Shown: positions 1 through 10,311, numbered from the stretch's first letter. The stretch: DNA of 64,000 nucleotides from an uncultured Fibrobacterota bacterium (GCA_963729895.1 CAVSQB010000011.1:64001-128000); one strand, 5' to 3'. Numbers and translations: made by a program. The notes: generated by a model not told the origin, from the letters alone.

Positions 1-804
1 GAAGACGAGTTCAGCAGGAAACTCCGGAAATCGAACGTAGAGGAGAGGCTTTCCTGGGGGAAATGCGGCCAGTTGCTGGGTATGTTCGTCAAGTTCGTTC
101 TTGTGTATGCCGTTGTGATGCTTCTAACGTATTATGGCGTGCAGACGCTTGCCGTATTCCGCTTTGCCCGCAAGAAACTGCGCGTGCGGGCGTCAAAGAC
201 GACGCTTCCCGGGGTACTATTGCTCATTGTCAAAACAGTCGGGAAGACTGCCGCCTATTTTGTTTTGTTCTCGCCGGCCTACGTGATAGCCTATTCGATC
301 CGCACCGAATTCAATACCGACACGGTGATCTTCATGGCGCTTCTCGGCGTGATATCCAACGGCCTGCTCGTCACCTATGCGAACAAGTTCTATGCCTTTC
401 TTGTGGCCGAAAGCAGGAAAGGGTATGTGGAAACCGCTGTTGTCAAGAACCTTGCGGCGTCCTATTCGCCGCGCGCAAGCGACGGAATACCGTACGGGTC
501 GATGTTCCGGCCCATCAAGCATTTCAAGGGACACGTGTTCGAGCACATTTTTTCCAACGCACAACACCAGTACCTGTCCACCATCAAGGAACAGGCGTCG
601 TTCCTCATCACCGGTCTCATCATCATCGAGATGGCGCTTAACATCCACGGCCATTTGAGCTACGAAATGCTGCGCCAGATGCTGTACAAGAACTGGGACA
701 TCGTCATCGTCATCATCCTGGGAATATTTTATACCGTGAAGGGAACGGAAATTGTTGTTGATTATCTGGGGTTTAGGGCGGAGAAGAGGATTGAAAACAA
801 GTAG
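1..804 (+). CDS. ABC transporter permease (DppB/OppB-like), 5'-truncated by window edge
   Basis: Frame open from base 1; hydrophobic helices; EAA-like loop 'ESRKGYVETAVVKNL'; 'IIIEMALNIHGHLSY' resembles the peptide-ABC permease C-terminus. Confidence 0.75.
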   Translation, partial: EDEFSRKLRKSNVEERLSWGKCGQLLGMFVKFVLVYAVVMLLTYYGVQTLAVFRFARKKLRVRASKTTLPGVLLLIVKTVGKTAAYFVLFSPAYVIAYSIRTEFNTDTVIFMALLGVISNGLLVTYANKFYAFLVAESRKGYVETAVVKNLAASYSPRASDGIPYGSMFRPIKHFKGHVFEHIFSNAQHQYLSTIKEQASFLITGLIIIEMALNIHGHLSYEMLRQMLYKNWDIVIVIILGIFYTVKGTEIVVDYLGFRAEKRIENK

Positions 805-869
805 GATGCAAGAGCCAGCCGCCCAGGACGTGGCTGAGATTGTTTATTAATGTGATGGAAAAAAACAAC

Positions 870-980
870 GTCATTGCGAGCGCAGAGAAGGAATCTCATT
901 TATGACCGCATTGTGTGTTCGCACGAATCCAATGAAACAACGATTGCCTAATGGGATCGCTTCGTTTCACTCGCAATGAC
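870..980. repeat. 111-bp palindromic element with 11-bp terminal inverted repeats
   Basis: GTCATTGCGAG at 870-880 and its reverse complement CTCGCAATGAC at 970-980, between two ABC permease genes. Confidence 0.75.
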
Positions 981-1032
981 ACCAGGTATTTATTGGTTTG
1001 GTAATCAGAAAGTCTGAATCACAGGAAGCAAA

Positions 1033-1884
1033 ATGTCTGGATTACTTCGCAACAAAGACTCCCGCTGGCTCGGCATCTGGCTCCTGGGCATCCTTGCCGT
1101 GGGAGTATGGGACAATCTGTTCCTCAACAAACCGGCCCTGCGCCAGGTAGCTGCCGGGTTTGTCAATACGTTCAGCATTGCTTTACTTGTCGTCATCTTT
1201 ACACTGCTCCTGGCATGGGGTGTCACGCTTGCGCTCCATTTTCTTGATGCGGGAAAGAACAAGACGCCGTACCTTTTGCTCACGTTCCTGTTGAACCTGA
1301 TACGTTCCATTCCGCAGATCGTGGGCATTCTTTTCGGGTATGTAGCGGTAAGCATGCTGGTGCAGGGCGAGTTCCTGAGAAGCGAGGCGGTGATCTTTCC
1401 GCTGCTCGCGTTCTGTATCAGCCTGTTCGTGTTCATAGAATTCGTCGACCTTATGCGGGAGCGTATCGCCCATTACCAAAAGCTTGATTTTTACAACGCG
1501 ATGCGCGTATGCGGCATTCCCGAGGGACGGGTGATCAATTTCGATATCTTGTGGAAGAACAGCCGGATCCACATACTCAATAAGCTGATCTCCGTATTCG
1601 GCGCCGCAATCTTCCTGCAGTGCAGCGTGGATTTCATCATTTCCGTGGGCCTCTCCACGGACGTGAACTCGGTGACCCTGCCGGCAACCATGGGCAGCTT
1701 GCTCGCCAAAATCGACAGCAAACAGGACATCCTTGCCATCGGGTACGCGCTGACGCATCCCGGATACGTCAGCAACCTGTTCTTCGAGCACCTGCTCGGA
1801 CTCACGGTGGCGTTCCTCATCGTCTTTTCCCTTATGTCTATATACCACATCGCGAACGGATACGCGGAGAGGCACCGGCTATGA
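1033..1884 (+). CDS. ABC transporter permease (DppC-like)
   Basis: 283 aa, multiple TM segments, 'LIRSIPQ' and EAA-like 'DFYNAMRVCG'; ATGA overlap with next gene. Confidence 0.75.
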   Translation: MSGLLRNKDSRWLGIWLLGILAVGVWDNLFLNKPALRQVAAGFVNTFSIALLVVIFTLLLAWGVTLALHFLDAGKNKTPYLLLTFLLNLIRSIPQIVGILFGYVAVSMLVQGEFLRSEAVIFPLLAFCISLFVFIEFVDLMRERIAHYQKLDFYNAMRVCGIPEGRVINFDILWKNSRIHILNKLISVFGAAIFLQCSVDFIISVGLSTDVNSVTLPATMGSLLAKIDSKQDILAIGYALTHPGYVSNLFFEHLLGLTVAFLIVFSLMSIYHIANGYAERHRL

Positions 1885-3398
1885 CCGCTGCAACGTATTC
1901 GGTACATATCCGCTCCGGAACGCGGACCATCGTGTCCACGGAAAACTACCAAGTATTCCAGGATGAGATTACCTTTCTTTTCGGAGAATCCGGCATCGGG
2001 AAATCGATGATCTCCAAGGCCGTATACGGCCTGCTCGATCTGGATGAACTTGACGTGACCGTCAATGCCCGGCCCTATGCTTCCCACCTCGACGGGGAAC
2101 CGGCGCGGAAGATGAGGGCAAACAGTTTCTTCGTATTTCAGGAGCCGTCGTCGCACCTCAATTCTCTCTTGAAAATTTCCGACCAGCTTCGCGAAGGCAG
2201 CCTGCGGCTGTCCACGGACGAAGAGGCTATTTTGGGCCGCTTGTGGCAGGACTCCGATGCCCAGGCGATTAGGCGGGTACTCGACGTGTTTCCCAAACCG
2301 TACCGTCCGAGCGGCGGTGAAAAACAGCGGGTGCTGCTCGCCATGGCATTCAAGAAAATCGACGTGCTCATGAGGACCGTTGGAGCCGGCGCCCCAAGCT
2401 TCTTCGTGTTCGACGAGCCGACGGGCAGCCTCGACAACAGGTATCGCAACCTGTTTCTCGAGTTGCTTTTCGAGAAGTTCCGCCAACGGCCGTTCACCGT
2501 CATGATCATCACGCACGACTATTCGGTGATAAGCGAACTCTACGCAAAATACGGCCGGCTTCTTCCAAGGATCCACCTCAAGGAATTGCGCCGGGGGGAA
2601 GGCACGCGCGTGGAGGTCGTGGACTTTTCCGCGCAGGAATATTTGAGCTGGCTTTCGGCCGGGATACAGAGGCCGCCCGCGTCTGGCGGGCCGGTTCTCG
2701 AAGTGGGTGCCCGCTTTTCGGTGTTCGGCAGGCAGTTGTGCCTGTACAAAGACCCGGCGCATGCGCAACCCGCGGACCTGGTGATCCGTAAGGGCGAAAT
2801 GGCGTATGTGAAGGCGCCGAGCGGCGTGGGCAAGACCACGCTTGCCAAGGCGATCATGGGACTCTATCCCGCGCAGCGTTTGACCATGACGCTCTGCGGC
2901 AAGCGAATAACGGAAAAGACCCGGACAAAGGTTTGGGACGCGGAAATCTGGGGCAAGAAGGCCGGCATGGTCTTCCAGCACGCCGACGAGTCGCTCAACC
3001 TTGCTGCATCGGTCAAGGAGACGTTCGCTGGGCTGCCCCTTGCGGAAAAACTGACTCCCGCACGGCTTGCCTCGGCGCTCGCCGAATTGTTCGAAAACGC
3101 GGTGACCGAATCGTTTCTCCGCAAGAAGGTGGCCATGCTGAGCGGCGGTCAGAAACAGCGGTTGAATCTGCTGAGGACAATTGTGCTCGGCACCGATCTG
3201 CTTATTCTTGACGAACCGCTTAACGGGCTCGATTTCCTGAGTGTCAAGAAAGTGCTGGCGATCCTCGACGCGAAACGGGGCCAGGGTTCGGCCCTCCTCA
3301 TGATATCCCACAACGAGGAGATCTTCGACCATTTTGTCGACAAAGAGAATGTGTATTATCTCGCGGAAATTGCGGATGAGAACCGTTCGGCTGAATAG
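1881..3398 (+). CDS. ABC transporter ATP-binding protein with two ATPase domains
   Basis: Walker A GESGIGKS and APSGVGKT; signatures PSGGEKQR and LSGGQKQR; Walker B DEPT/DEPL; start at ATG 1881 overlapping the upstream stop. Confidence 0.9.
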   Translation: MTAATYSVHIRSGTRTIVSTENYQVFQDEITFLFGESGIGKSMISKAVYGLLDLDELDVTVNARPYASHLDGEPARKMRANSFFVFQEPSSHLNSLLKISDQLREGSLRLSTDEEAILGRLWQDSDAQAIRRVLDVFPKPYRPSGGEKQRVLLAMAFKKIDVLMRTVGAGAPSFFVFDEPTGSLDNRYRNLFLELLFEKFRQRPFTVMIITHDYSVISELYAKYGRLLPRIHLKELRRGEGTRVEVVDFSAQEYLSWLSAGIQRPPASGGPVLEVGARFSVFGRQLCLYKDPAHAQPADLVIRKGEMAYVKAPSGVGKTTLAKAIMGLYPAQRLTMTLCGKRITEKTRTKVWDAEIWGKKAGMVFQHADESLNLAASVKETFAGLPLAEKLTPARLASALAELFENAVTESFLRKKVAMLSGGQKQRLNLLRTIVLGTDLLILDEPLNGLDFLSVKKVLAILDAKRGQGSALLMISHNEEIFDHFVDKENVYYLAEIADENRSAE

Positions 3399-3475
3399 GA
3401 GCTCCGGGAGCCGGACGGGGAGGCGCGGTATCAAGATCGGAAGCCGGCAATCTCTGCATCAGGCGGCGCGGTTTC

Positions 3476-4012
3476 CTACGGGTAAAAATTGAAAACCGCC
3501 CACACGCTGCCCGAGGCCGCGGTGTAGAATCCCACAGAAACCTTGGTGTATGCGGTATTGGTCATATTGATGTAGTGGCCATGCTGCGAGTAAGGCTCGC
3601 CCGGACCTTCGTCCCACATGGCGGTAAGGCAGCCGTCAACAATCGAACCGGTTGATCCGTAACCCGGACATTCGTTTTGTGCCATCTCGCCGCACCGTCC
3701 GAACGCTCCATGCGCGACGCCGGTGATACAATCGCTTCTTGCTTCATAGTCGGAACACGTGTCTTTTGCCGGCAGGAAGGTGAGCGCCGGGAGGCCTACG
3801 GTGGCCCGAAGGGAATTGATTTTGTCAACACATTCAATTCGGGCGTTGGCGTAGGAGTCGACCCACGGGGAAGCGGATGGCTGAGATGACGATCCGCAGG
3901 AGAACGCAAGCGCCGCACAAACGGTTGCAAGAGCGGTGGTGAGAGGCGATGGCAGAAGGGTAGGGGTGCAATTGTCCCCGCCCACACCGAGTTGTCGAAG
4001 CGAGCCTGCCAT
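3476..4012 (-). CDS. CAP (SCP-like) domain lipoprotein
   Basis: 'INSLRATVGLPAL', 'AQNEC', 'GHYINM...YTKVSVG'; lipobox-like 'ALAFSC'; start uncertain. Confidence 0.75.
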   Translation of the reverse strand: MAGSLRQLGVGGDNCTPTLLPSPLTTALATVCAALAFSCGSSSQPSASPWVDSYANARIECVDKINSLRATVGLPALTFLPAKDTCSDYEARSDCITGVAHGAFGRCGEMAQNECPGYGSTGSIVDGCLTAMWDEGPGEPYSQHGHYINMTNTAYTKVSVGFYTAASGSVWAVFNFYP

Positions 4013-4014
4013 CT

Positions 4015-4407
4015 TTATCTCGAAAAGTAATCTTTCATCGGCTTGAAGTAGAATTCCTGCCAACCTTTCCTGTATTCTGATGCCTGTCCTTGCGGAACCT
4101 CCTCATGCGTAAGGGTAAGCTCGGTTCCTTCCTTGACTTTTTCAAACTCGATTGTAAGAAGTGAGTCGGGGCTTTTGTCCGGGAATTCGGTTGTGCGCCA
4201 GCGCTGGACGATCTTCCGGTCTTTCACCAGCCGGGAAGTTGTTCCGCTGATGTAATTGTCCCATGCCGTAAACTTGCCGCCGACTTTTGGGGAAATCTTG
4301 GCGGGCGAGCCGGTAAAAGCGGAATGCTCTTTGCCGCTGAGCCAGGCGGAAAAGAGCCGGGCGGGCGGAACAGGGAAGACGGCGCTGATTGTAAAGGCAT
4401 TCTTCAT
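4015..4407 (-). CDS. SRPBCC/AHSA1 family protein
   Basis: 'VGGKFTAWDNYISG', 'IVQRWR', 'GTELTLTHE', 'GWQEFYF' typical of AHSA1-like START domains. Confidence 0.85.
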   Translation of the reverse strand: MKNAFTISAVFPVPPARLFSAWLSGKEHSAFTGSPAKISPKVGGKFTAWDNYISGTTSRLVKDRKIVQRWRTTEFPDKSPDSLLTIEFEKVKEGTELTLTHEEVPQGQASEYRKGWQEFYFKPMKDYFSR

Positions 4408-4654
4408 GATAGGATCCTTTCGCACGGTATCGAGACCGGCCACGACCTTCGGATAAAATATATCTTATCAAGGATGAGGTTCAGGATATGGTGGGGCCAC
4501 ACGAACGGATTGGATCGTTCATGGTATCCGCGCGGTGCTGGTTTGGCGATGAAAGTACTTTTCCCGTACCTGGTATGCATTTATTTTTGAGTCGTGCGGG
4601 AGTGCCTGCCCGAACAGGCTGAACATTGAATTAAACGATTAAAGGAGGCTCGCT

Positions 4655-5284
4655 TTGAGGCCCATCATTTTTCTGAAGTCTTTTTTCGTTGTTGCCCTGG
4701 CTTGCACCTTTGTTTTTGCAAAGGACATGATCCTTACCACGCTTGATGGGCAGAAGATAATTCTGCACGAGGACAACACCTGGGTTTTCCAAAGCGGGAA
4801 GAAGACCGAAATCGAGAGAGACTTTACCGTGCCCGTGACCGGCGGAAAGATCGTCCTGATCGCCACGGACGGCACCTGGGGTTTTGTCGAAAAGGAAATC
4901 GTCAACCAGGAGGAGTTTGTAAAGGCCGATTCGATCGTGGGAAACGGCCACTCGCTGAACAAAGACGTGACGGCAGCAAACGCGGAAGCGCAGAAACTGG
5001 CCCTTGCCCAGACGGTTTCCAGGATGAAAGTTGCCTTGGGCAAGCTGAAGATCGATCCGTCGAAGGTTGCCGATTGTGTCAAGCGAGTCGAAAAGGACGT
5101 GAGCAAAAAAGAGGATTTCCTGCAGGGAAAAGGCTGGGATGTTTCCGTGCGCGTGTTTCTCGACCGGGGAAGCATTCTTGCGGTTGCCGATTGCGCCATG
5201 AAGAAAGGGGATGAGTCACCCGATTCCACCAAGAGGGCCGCCGGAGCCAAAAAGAAATCGGGAAAGGAACCGGCGCCGAAATAG
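4655..5284 (+). CDS. secreted hypothetical protein with two DUF3157-like motifs
   Basis: GGAGG RBS, TTG start, signal peptide; repeated 'G(Q)KI.L..D.TW.F' motif. Confidence 0.6.
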   Translation: MRPIIFLKSFFVVALACTFVFAKDMILTTLDGQKIILHEDNTWVFQSGKKTEIERDFTVPVTGGKIVLIATDGTWGFVEKEIVNQEEFVKADSIVGNGHSLNKDVTAANAEAQKLALAQTVSRMKVALGKLKIDPSKVADCVKRVEKDVSKKEDFLQGKGWDVSVRVFLDRGSILAVADCAMKKGDESPDSTKRAAGAKKKSGKEPAPK

Positions 5285-5351
5285 GGCCGTATGGCTCATT
5301 GATCGGGAAGCCAATTCACGGGGACACGATGCAAGGTTTCCACCGGATTTC

Positions 5352-6920
5352 CTACCGCCCGAACTCCCGCTCGTCGTATTCGAAAAGATTTCCCCTGTTG
5401 AGCAGCCACTGCGGGTCAAGTGCGGTTTTTATTCTTTTCATTTCCTCTATGGCATCCTGCCCGAACATTCTGCCGAGATAAGCAGTTTTGAGTTTTCCGA
5501 TCCCGTGTTCCGCGGAAACCGTTCCCCCGTACGAGATCGTGCTATCCATCATTTCTTCGTACAGTTCCTTCGCTCTCGCAAGTTCGGCTTCGTTTTTCGG
5601 AACCAGGTTGATATGCAGGTGAAAATCGCCAAGGTGGCCGAAGACGGCGTGTTCGATGCCGCTTGCGGTTATGGCATCGATGTACTCGCCGAAGGCCTTC
5701 TCGAAGACGGGCGCCGGCAGCGCAGTGTCCGTGGAAATCTTGCGGATGTCCGCGCAGTCGCGTTTGCGGCGCGCGATGGCGCTGTTGACGGCTTCAGGAA
5801 TGGCATGCCGGATCGCCTTGAGCAGTTCGATTTCATTCCGGTCAAAGCCGCTCCAGGTTGATTCGAAGGACGAACCGTGCGAAACGAGCATGGTTTCCCA
5901 TGCGTCCATCCGGCTGTCGAAGGCCTCGTCCGGAGCTTCCATATATTCCCAATAGACCGCGTATCGTTTGTTGGGCGGCAATTGGGGCACCCGGAAGGGA
6001 AGTTCGCTCGCGGACAATTCGAGAAAGCGCAGCGCGCTTTGGTCGAAATATTCTATTGCGGACACACGAGCGATAGGGCGCAGAAACGCGGCCGCGCCGA
6101 ACGCCGCATTCCTGTCCGGAAAGAAGCTGAGTCCGGCCGCGAAGCGTGGATTCTTCACCAGGCGGACGCCTACGCCGGTAAAAATGCCGAGCGTCCCTTC
6201 GGAACCGATCAACAGGTCGATGATGTCCATATCGGGGGCGGCGTAATAACCGCACGCGTTCTTGACGGCAGGATAGCGGTATGACGGCACGGCAACGGTG
6301 AGCGCCGTGTTCTGGTCGGTTGTTGCACGCAGCACCCCGCCGCGCGCCGGGCAACTGCCGCGCAACAGCGTGAGTGCATCGCCGCCTGCAAGCACACAGG
6401 ACAGGCGGACTACGTGCGAGCGCGTGGGCCCAAAGCGAAAGGAGCGCGCGCCCGACGCGTTTGTGGCAACCGTGCCGCCGAGGTGCGCGGTCGATTCGGT
6501 TGGATCGGGCGCATAGAGCCATTGGTCCGCGCCGAGGAGCGCCGAGCCCTCGACGGGAACGGGCCAGGCCTGCGGGTCCCTCAGAAATTCCGCCAGTTTG
6601 GCGAGCGTCACGCCCGGGTCGCACTGCAGAACAAGGGAACCGTCGTCCTCGCGCGAAACGCGGTGAATGCGGTCCATGTCCGAGAAACAAATGGCGATGC
6701 ATCCGTCAATGGGAACGCTGCCGCCCGTGATGCCGGTCTTGCCGCCGATGACGGTAATCGGTTGTGCGTTGCGGCGCGCATCAAGCACCGCCTGGCGGAC
6801 ATCAAGAGCGGTCCGGGGAAAATACACGGCGTCTGGAATGCCCGATGTAAAGCTGGATTCGTCGTGGAGAAGGTCGGGAAGCGTTTCCGCAATTGTCTGC
6901 CGGCCGGAAATTGTTTTCAT
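5352..6920 (-). CDS. FAD-binding oxidoreductase (GlcD/D-lactate dehydrogenase family)
   Basis: 'GGKTGITGG', 'PDPTE', 'GSEGTLG', 'GHLGDFHLH', 'SAEHGIG', 'LNRGNLF'. Confidence 0.9.
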   Translation of the reverse strand: MKTISGRQTIAETLPDLLHDESSFTSGIPDAVYFPRTALDVRQAVLDARRNAQPITVIGGKTGITGGSVPIDGCIAICFSDMDRIHRVSREDDGSLVLQCDPGVTLAKLAEFLRDPQAWPVPVEGSALLGADQWLYAPDPTESTAHLGGTVATNASGARSFRFGPTRSHVVRLSCVLAGGDALTLLRGSCPARGGVLRATTDQNTALTVAVPSYRYPAVKNACGYYAAPDMDIIDLLIGSEGTLGIFTGVGVRLVKNPRFAAGLSFFPDRNAAFGAAAFLRPIARVSAIEYFDQSALRFLELSASELPFRVPQLPPNKRYAVYWEYMEAPDEAFDSRMDAWETMLVSHGSSFESTWSGFDRNEIELLKAIRHAIPEAVNSAIARRKRDCADIRKISTDTALPAPVFEKAFGEYIDAITASGIEHAVFGHLGDFHLHINLVPKNEAELARAKELYEEMMDSTISYGGTVSAEHGIGKLKTAYLGRMFGQDAIEEMKRIKTALDPQWLLNRGNLFEYDEREFGR

Positions 6921-7651
6921 CGGGACGGTTTTGGGATCAAAGGTTTTTTCACCGTATCTCGTTGCGCCGTTGCGATTGTCGCGAGAGACGTTTCACGTTT
7001 ATCAATGACGTTTGCGAACAAAGAGAGCCCCAACCGCACCTGGAGCGACGTGGTTTCGCGCTCCGCCTCGTGCCGCGTGCGCAGGGTAACCGTTATCGAT
7101 TCGCCGTCGCGGGCGTTTCCCGCGGCCCGCCCTTCCAGCGACCTGAATTCTCTATCGGAAAGCCGGACAACGCATCCGAAATAGTGGATGGCTTCGTCGT
7201 CCGCGCCCGGCGAGCTGTACAGCGGGCGGTTGTGCAGGGGAAAAAGACGGGCCCGCTTGATCCTGATGCCCGTCTCTTCAAACAATTCCCGCACTGCGAC
7301 CGCCCCGACCTTATGGATATTGCGGTCGAGCATGCCTGCCGGAAATTCGAGGTTGAGCGCGCCGTTGCCGATCCGGCGTTGACGGATCATGAGGAAGCGT
7401 CCCTCTCCGGTCCGCCTGTTCAAAACCATCGGCACCACAATGACCGCGTGGCCCCGGATGAAAACATAGCGGTCCAACGGCCTGCCCTGCGGGTCACGGA
7501 CGTCGGCTTCACACAGTGCGAACAGCAGCTCACCGTTTGTTTTGTAAAGAAGTTGGAGAGGAGAGAACGTGCGGATCGAACAGCCTGCCGTACGCACGGT
7601 TTTTCGCCATTGCATCACTTTCGGTTCTTTACGGAAGTCACGTAGGGGCAT
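6917..7651 (-). CDS. NUDIX hydrolase (ADP-ribose/ADP-sugar pyrophosphatase-like)
   Basis: Nudix box 'EFPAGMLD...AVRELFEETG', 'YSSPGADDE'; GGAG RBS before ATG at 7651. Confidence 0.85.
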   Translation of the reverse strand: MPLRDFRKEPKVMQWRKTVRTAGCSIRTFSPLQLLYKTNGELLFALCEADVRDPQGRPLDRYVFIRGHAVIVVPMVLNRRTGEGRFLMIRQRRIGNGALNLEFPAGMLDRNIHKVGAVAVRELFEETGIRIKRARLFPLHNRPLYSSPGADDEAIHYFGCVVRLSDREFRSLEGRAAGNARDGESITVTLRTRHEAERETTSLQVRLGLSLFANVIDKRETSLATIATAQRDTVKKPLIPKPSR

Positions 7652-7697
7652 TGGGGCTCCAAAATAGGGCGGCGACCCGGAAGGTTTGGGACGCCGC

Positions 7698-9236
7698 CTA
7701 GATGAGTCTCCTGTTGAGCACCGCTTTTGTCGTTTTCCAGCCGAGCGCAAGGAGAACGGAGAAAAGGCTTACCGCCGCCGCGCCGGGGAGGCCGGTGAGA
7801 AAGAAAAGAAACACCACGAGGAACGGAAACAGGAGCAGCAGCGAAAGAACGATGAATTTCTCACAGTAAACGAAAAAAACGTAGGTCCGAAACTCAGATG
7901 ATCGCTGGCCGTAGAACCGGAGGAACCGCACGCCTTCTTGGGCAAGTTTCCGCTTGAGGCGCTTGTGGCGCGCGAATCGGGTCATAATGTCGTTCCAGCC
8001 GCTCTTTTCAACGTAGCGCATAAGGAAAGGCGTGCTGTACGAGACGTGCCCCCTGTCAAGCATGATGTCGACCATCGGTGGAATGAGTTCCTTTTCCCCC
8101 GGCATGCTTTCGTAGGCCCGATGGAGAAAGGCGAATGCTTTGAGGTTTTCGCCCTTTTCGCGGTAATAATCCGCAAGGAACCAGTAGTCCTCGATGCAGT
8201 AGGGACGTTCCAGCTTGATGACCGTCTGGACGCATTTTTCCATCTTTGTAAAGCTGCCCGTATGCCGGAGGTGATGGTAGTAATCGCGCAGGATTTCGGA
8301 ATTCCGGGGCTCTACCGACAAGGCGGCTTCAAACGCCTTCTGGGCTTGCTTGTGACTCCCTTTTTCCGAATAAGCGATTGCCTTGACGCGAAGGGCTTCA
8401 GCGTCAATCGGAGAGACGTCAAGGGCCTTGTCGGCCGTGGCAAGGGCAAGGTCGGTGTTCCCGCTGTTGAGATGCACGTAGGCAAGGTCGACATACCCTA
8501 CCGGCGAATTCGGATAAAGGCGGATGGTTTCCTGGGTGAGGGCCAGCGCATCGTCCATCTGGTCGTTTTGCGACAGACAGAACACCAGCCGCGACAGCGT
8601 CCGGATGTTCTTTGGAGAATCCTTGAGGTACTGCTGGTAGAGCGCGACACTCTTCTGGGTTTCCCCGAGGAATATGTAATGGTCCGCAAGCAAGTCCCGC
8701 ACTTCATCGAATTGGGGGTTGAGCTGGAGCGCGGTCTGAAAACAGCGCTCCGCGCTTTCGAAATCGCCGGTGCGCTCGTAGGCGATGCCGCCGTTGCGGA
8801 AGGTTTCCGGATTGTCGGTCCCGGTCCTGAGCGCCTTCTCGAAGTAGCGGATCGCCTTGTCGAACAGGTTGGTCTCCGTGTTGTACCATATCATTGCGCA
8901 GAGCACGGCTTCGGTGTCCGGATTGTACTTCTCCGCCCGCACAAGATATTTCCCCGCCTTCTTGAAAGCGTTCAGCTGCGTGTAGGCGTAAAACAGGCCG
9001 AGGAGCACGTCGACATTTCTGTTGTCGATCTTCAGGCTTTTTTGAAGGTGGGGGATCGCCTTGCGCGGTTCGTCCTGTTCAAGGTACACGCGCGAATACA
9101 GGAAATAGATTTCCCATTCGTCCTGGTAGAACGAGGCGTAGTTGTCAAGAAGAGCAAGGGCTTCTTCGTAAAGCCCCAGTTCCAGAAGCTCCTGGATACG
9201 TTCAACCAGGTCCTGCAGTTCCAGCCATTCGTCCAT
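7698..9236 (-). CDS. TPR repeat protein with C-terminal transmembrane helices
   Basis: Many TPR consensus repeats; two hydrophobic C-terminal segments. Confidence 0.85.
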   Translation of the reverse strand: MDEWLELQDLVERIQELLELGLYEEALALLDNYASFYQDEWEIYFLYSRVYLEQDEPRKAIPHLQKSLKIDNRNVDVLLGLFYAYTQLNAFKKAGKYLVRAEKYNPDTEAVLCAMIWYNTETNLFDKAIRYFEKALRTGTDNPETFRNGGIAYERTGDFESAERCFQTALQLNPQFDEVRDLLADHYIFLGETQKSVALYQQYLKDSPKNIRTLSRLVFCLSQNDQMDDALALTQETIRLYPNSPVGYVDLAYVHLNSGNTDLALATADKALDVSPIDAEALRVKAIAYSEKGSHKQAQKAFEAALSVEPRNSEILRDYYHHLRHTGSFTKMEKCVQTVIKLERPYCIEDYWFLADYYREKGENLKAFAFLHRAYESMPGEKELIPPMVDIMLDRGHVSYSTPFLMRYVEKSGWNDIMTRFARHKRLKRKLAQEGVRFLRFYGQRSSEFRTYVFFVYCEKFIVLSLLLLFPFLVVFLFFLTGLPGAAAVSLFSVLLALGWKTTKAVLNRRLI

Positions 9237-9520
9237 ACGTGTCGCGTTACCTCAAGGGGGAAAATACTTGATACAAAACCGGAGGGAGATGGGATTCGGA
9301 GAACAGGGAGGAGGGGCGAAAATGCCGGGAAGAAGAGTCTGACGGAAAAATTTGCGCCAAGCGTGCCCAACGGCGGAAAAGAGTGATCAGGATGCGATGA
9401 TTGTGTCCCTTGCGAATAACCTACATGGTACCTTACTATCTGCAATAACCGCACCAGAAGGTGTCGTTCGGCGCAGCTATGGTAGGAGAGGGTCCTAATT
9501 TACCTGGCAGTAACTTCCCC

Positions 9521-9874
9521 TCAAACCGCCCTCGGCTCCATCACCAGTCTCAGCCCCTCCAGAATCTCCCGAATTCTTTTCGCCGAAACCCTACCGATCT
9601 TTTCCTTCAAATCCGACTTGTCCAGCGTCATCATTTGCGTCACATTGACTACGCTTGCTCGCGGCAGTCCGGCCTCGCCTTTTCGTAAGAGGACATTCCC
9701 GGGAATAGAGGCGCGTGAGAGGTTGGAGGTGAGCGCGATTCCGATCGTTGTGTTGATACGGCTGGCGTTGAAAACGTTGTTCTGAACTATCACATAAGGA
9801 TGTCTGTACCCGGGTTCGGATCCCGATGGATCATCAAGCTCGGCCCAGACGATGTCTCCTTGCTGGATCACCAT
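9521..9874 (-). CDS. mazF: PemK/MazF family toxin (endoribonuclease)
   Basis: 'QGDIVWAEL...GSEPGYRHPYVIVQ', 'GLPRASVVNVTQMMTLDK'. Confidence 0.92.
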   Translation of the reverse strand: MVIQQGDIVWAELDDPSGSEPGYRHPYVIVQNNVFNASRINTTIGIALTSNLSRASIPGNVLLRKGEAGLPRASVVNVTQMMTLDKSDLKEKIGRVSAKRIREILEGLRLVMEPRAV

Positions 9875-10116
9875 CGTTCCGCCTGCTTCCGGCGAGAATA
9901 TGCTTTTTCCCGTTTGTGACGGGAAACGTCTTCAGTATCGTCCCTGTAAGAAGCGTTTATCCTGCGGATCAAATCAAGGTTTTCGTCCTTCTCGATCATG
10001 TGCTTTGCCGCCTGGCCGAAGAACTGGCTTCTCGAAATGTGGAGCTTTTTGGCGAGATGTTGGACTTTTTTGAACGTTTTTGTGTCAATGGAGATGGCCG
10101 TTTTTGTGGTGTTCAT
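9868..10116 (-). CDS. ribbon-helix-helix antitoxin of the MazF-type TA system
   Basis: 'KTAISID...AKKLHISRSQFF' RHH pattern; overlaps the toxin start. Confidence 0.85.
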   Translation of the reverse strand: MNTTKTAISIDTKTFKKVQHLAKKLHISRSQFFGQAAKHMIEKDENLDLIRRINASYRDDTEDVSRHKREKAYSRRKQAERW

Positions 10117-10130
10117 GAGTGACTCTCCTT

Positions 10131-10171
10131 GGTTATACCAAAAGTATAACCCATGACGCTGGGAAAGTCAA
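10131..10171 (-). promoter_or_regulatory. sigma70 promoter of the TA operon with overlapping palindromic operator
   Basis: Minus strand TTGACT (10171-10166), 17 nt, TATACT (10148-10143); palindrome GGTTATAC-N5-GTATAACC at 10131-10151. Confidence 0.7.
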
Positions 10172-10311
10172 ATCCAACCATTCTTGGAACCCTGATGACT
10201 CATGCCGTCGTCCCATCCGTTATCATGTACAACGGATAAGCGGGGATATATTTTAAAAACCAATGTAACGAAAAAACCGCGTGTATCGTTCAGACAGGAG
10301 GAGCGGTTCGC

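Noticed and set aside
1491..3434. Long antisense ORFs (also 7938-9386, 13023-14327, 18123-20009, 40996-42450)
   Set aside because: Shadow ORFs opposite well-supported genes in GC-rich DNA, with no recognisable motifs
9280..9300. tRNA-Ser 3'-end-like fragment (possible att site) near the TA module
   Set aside because: Short gapped match to 34277-34296, no integrase; consistent with chance
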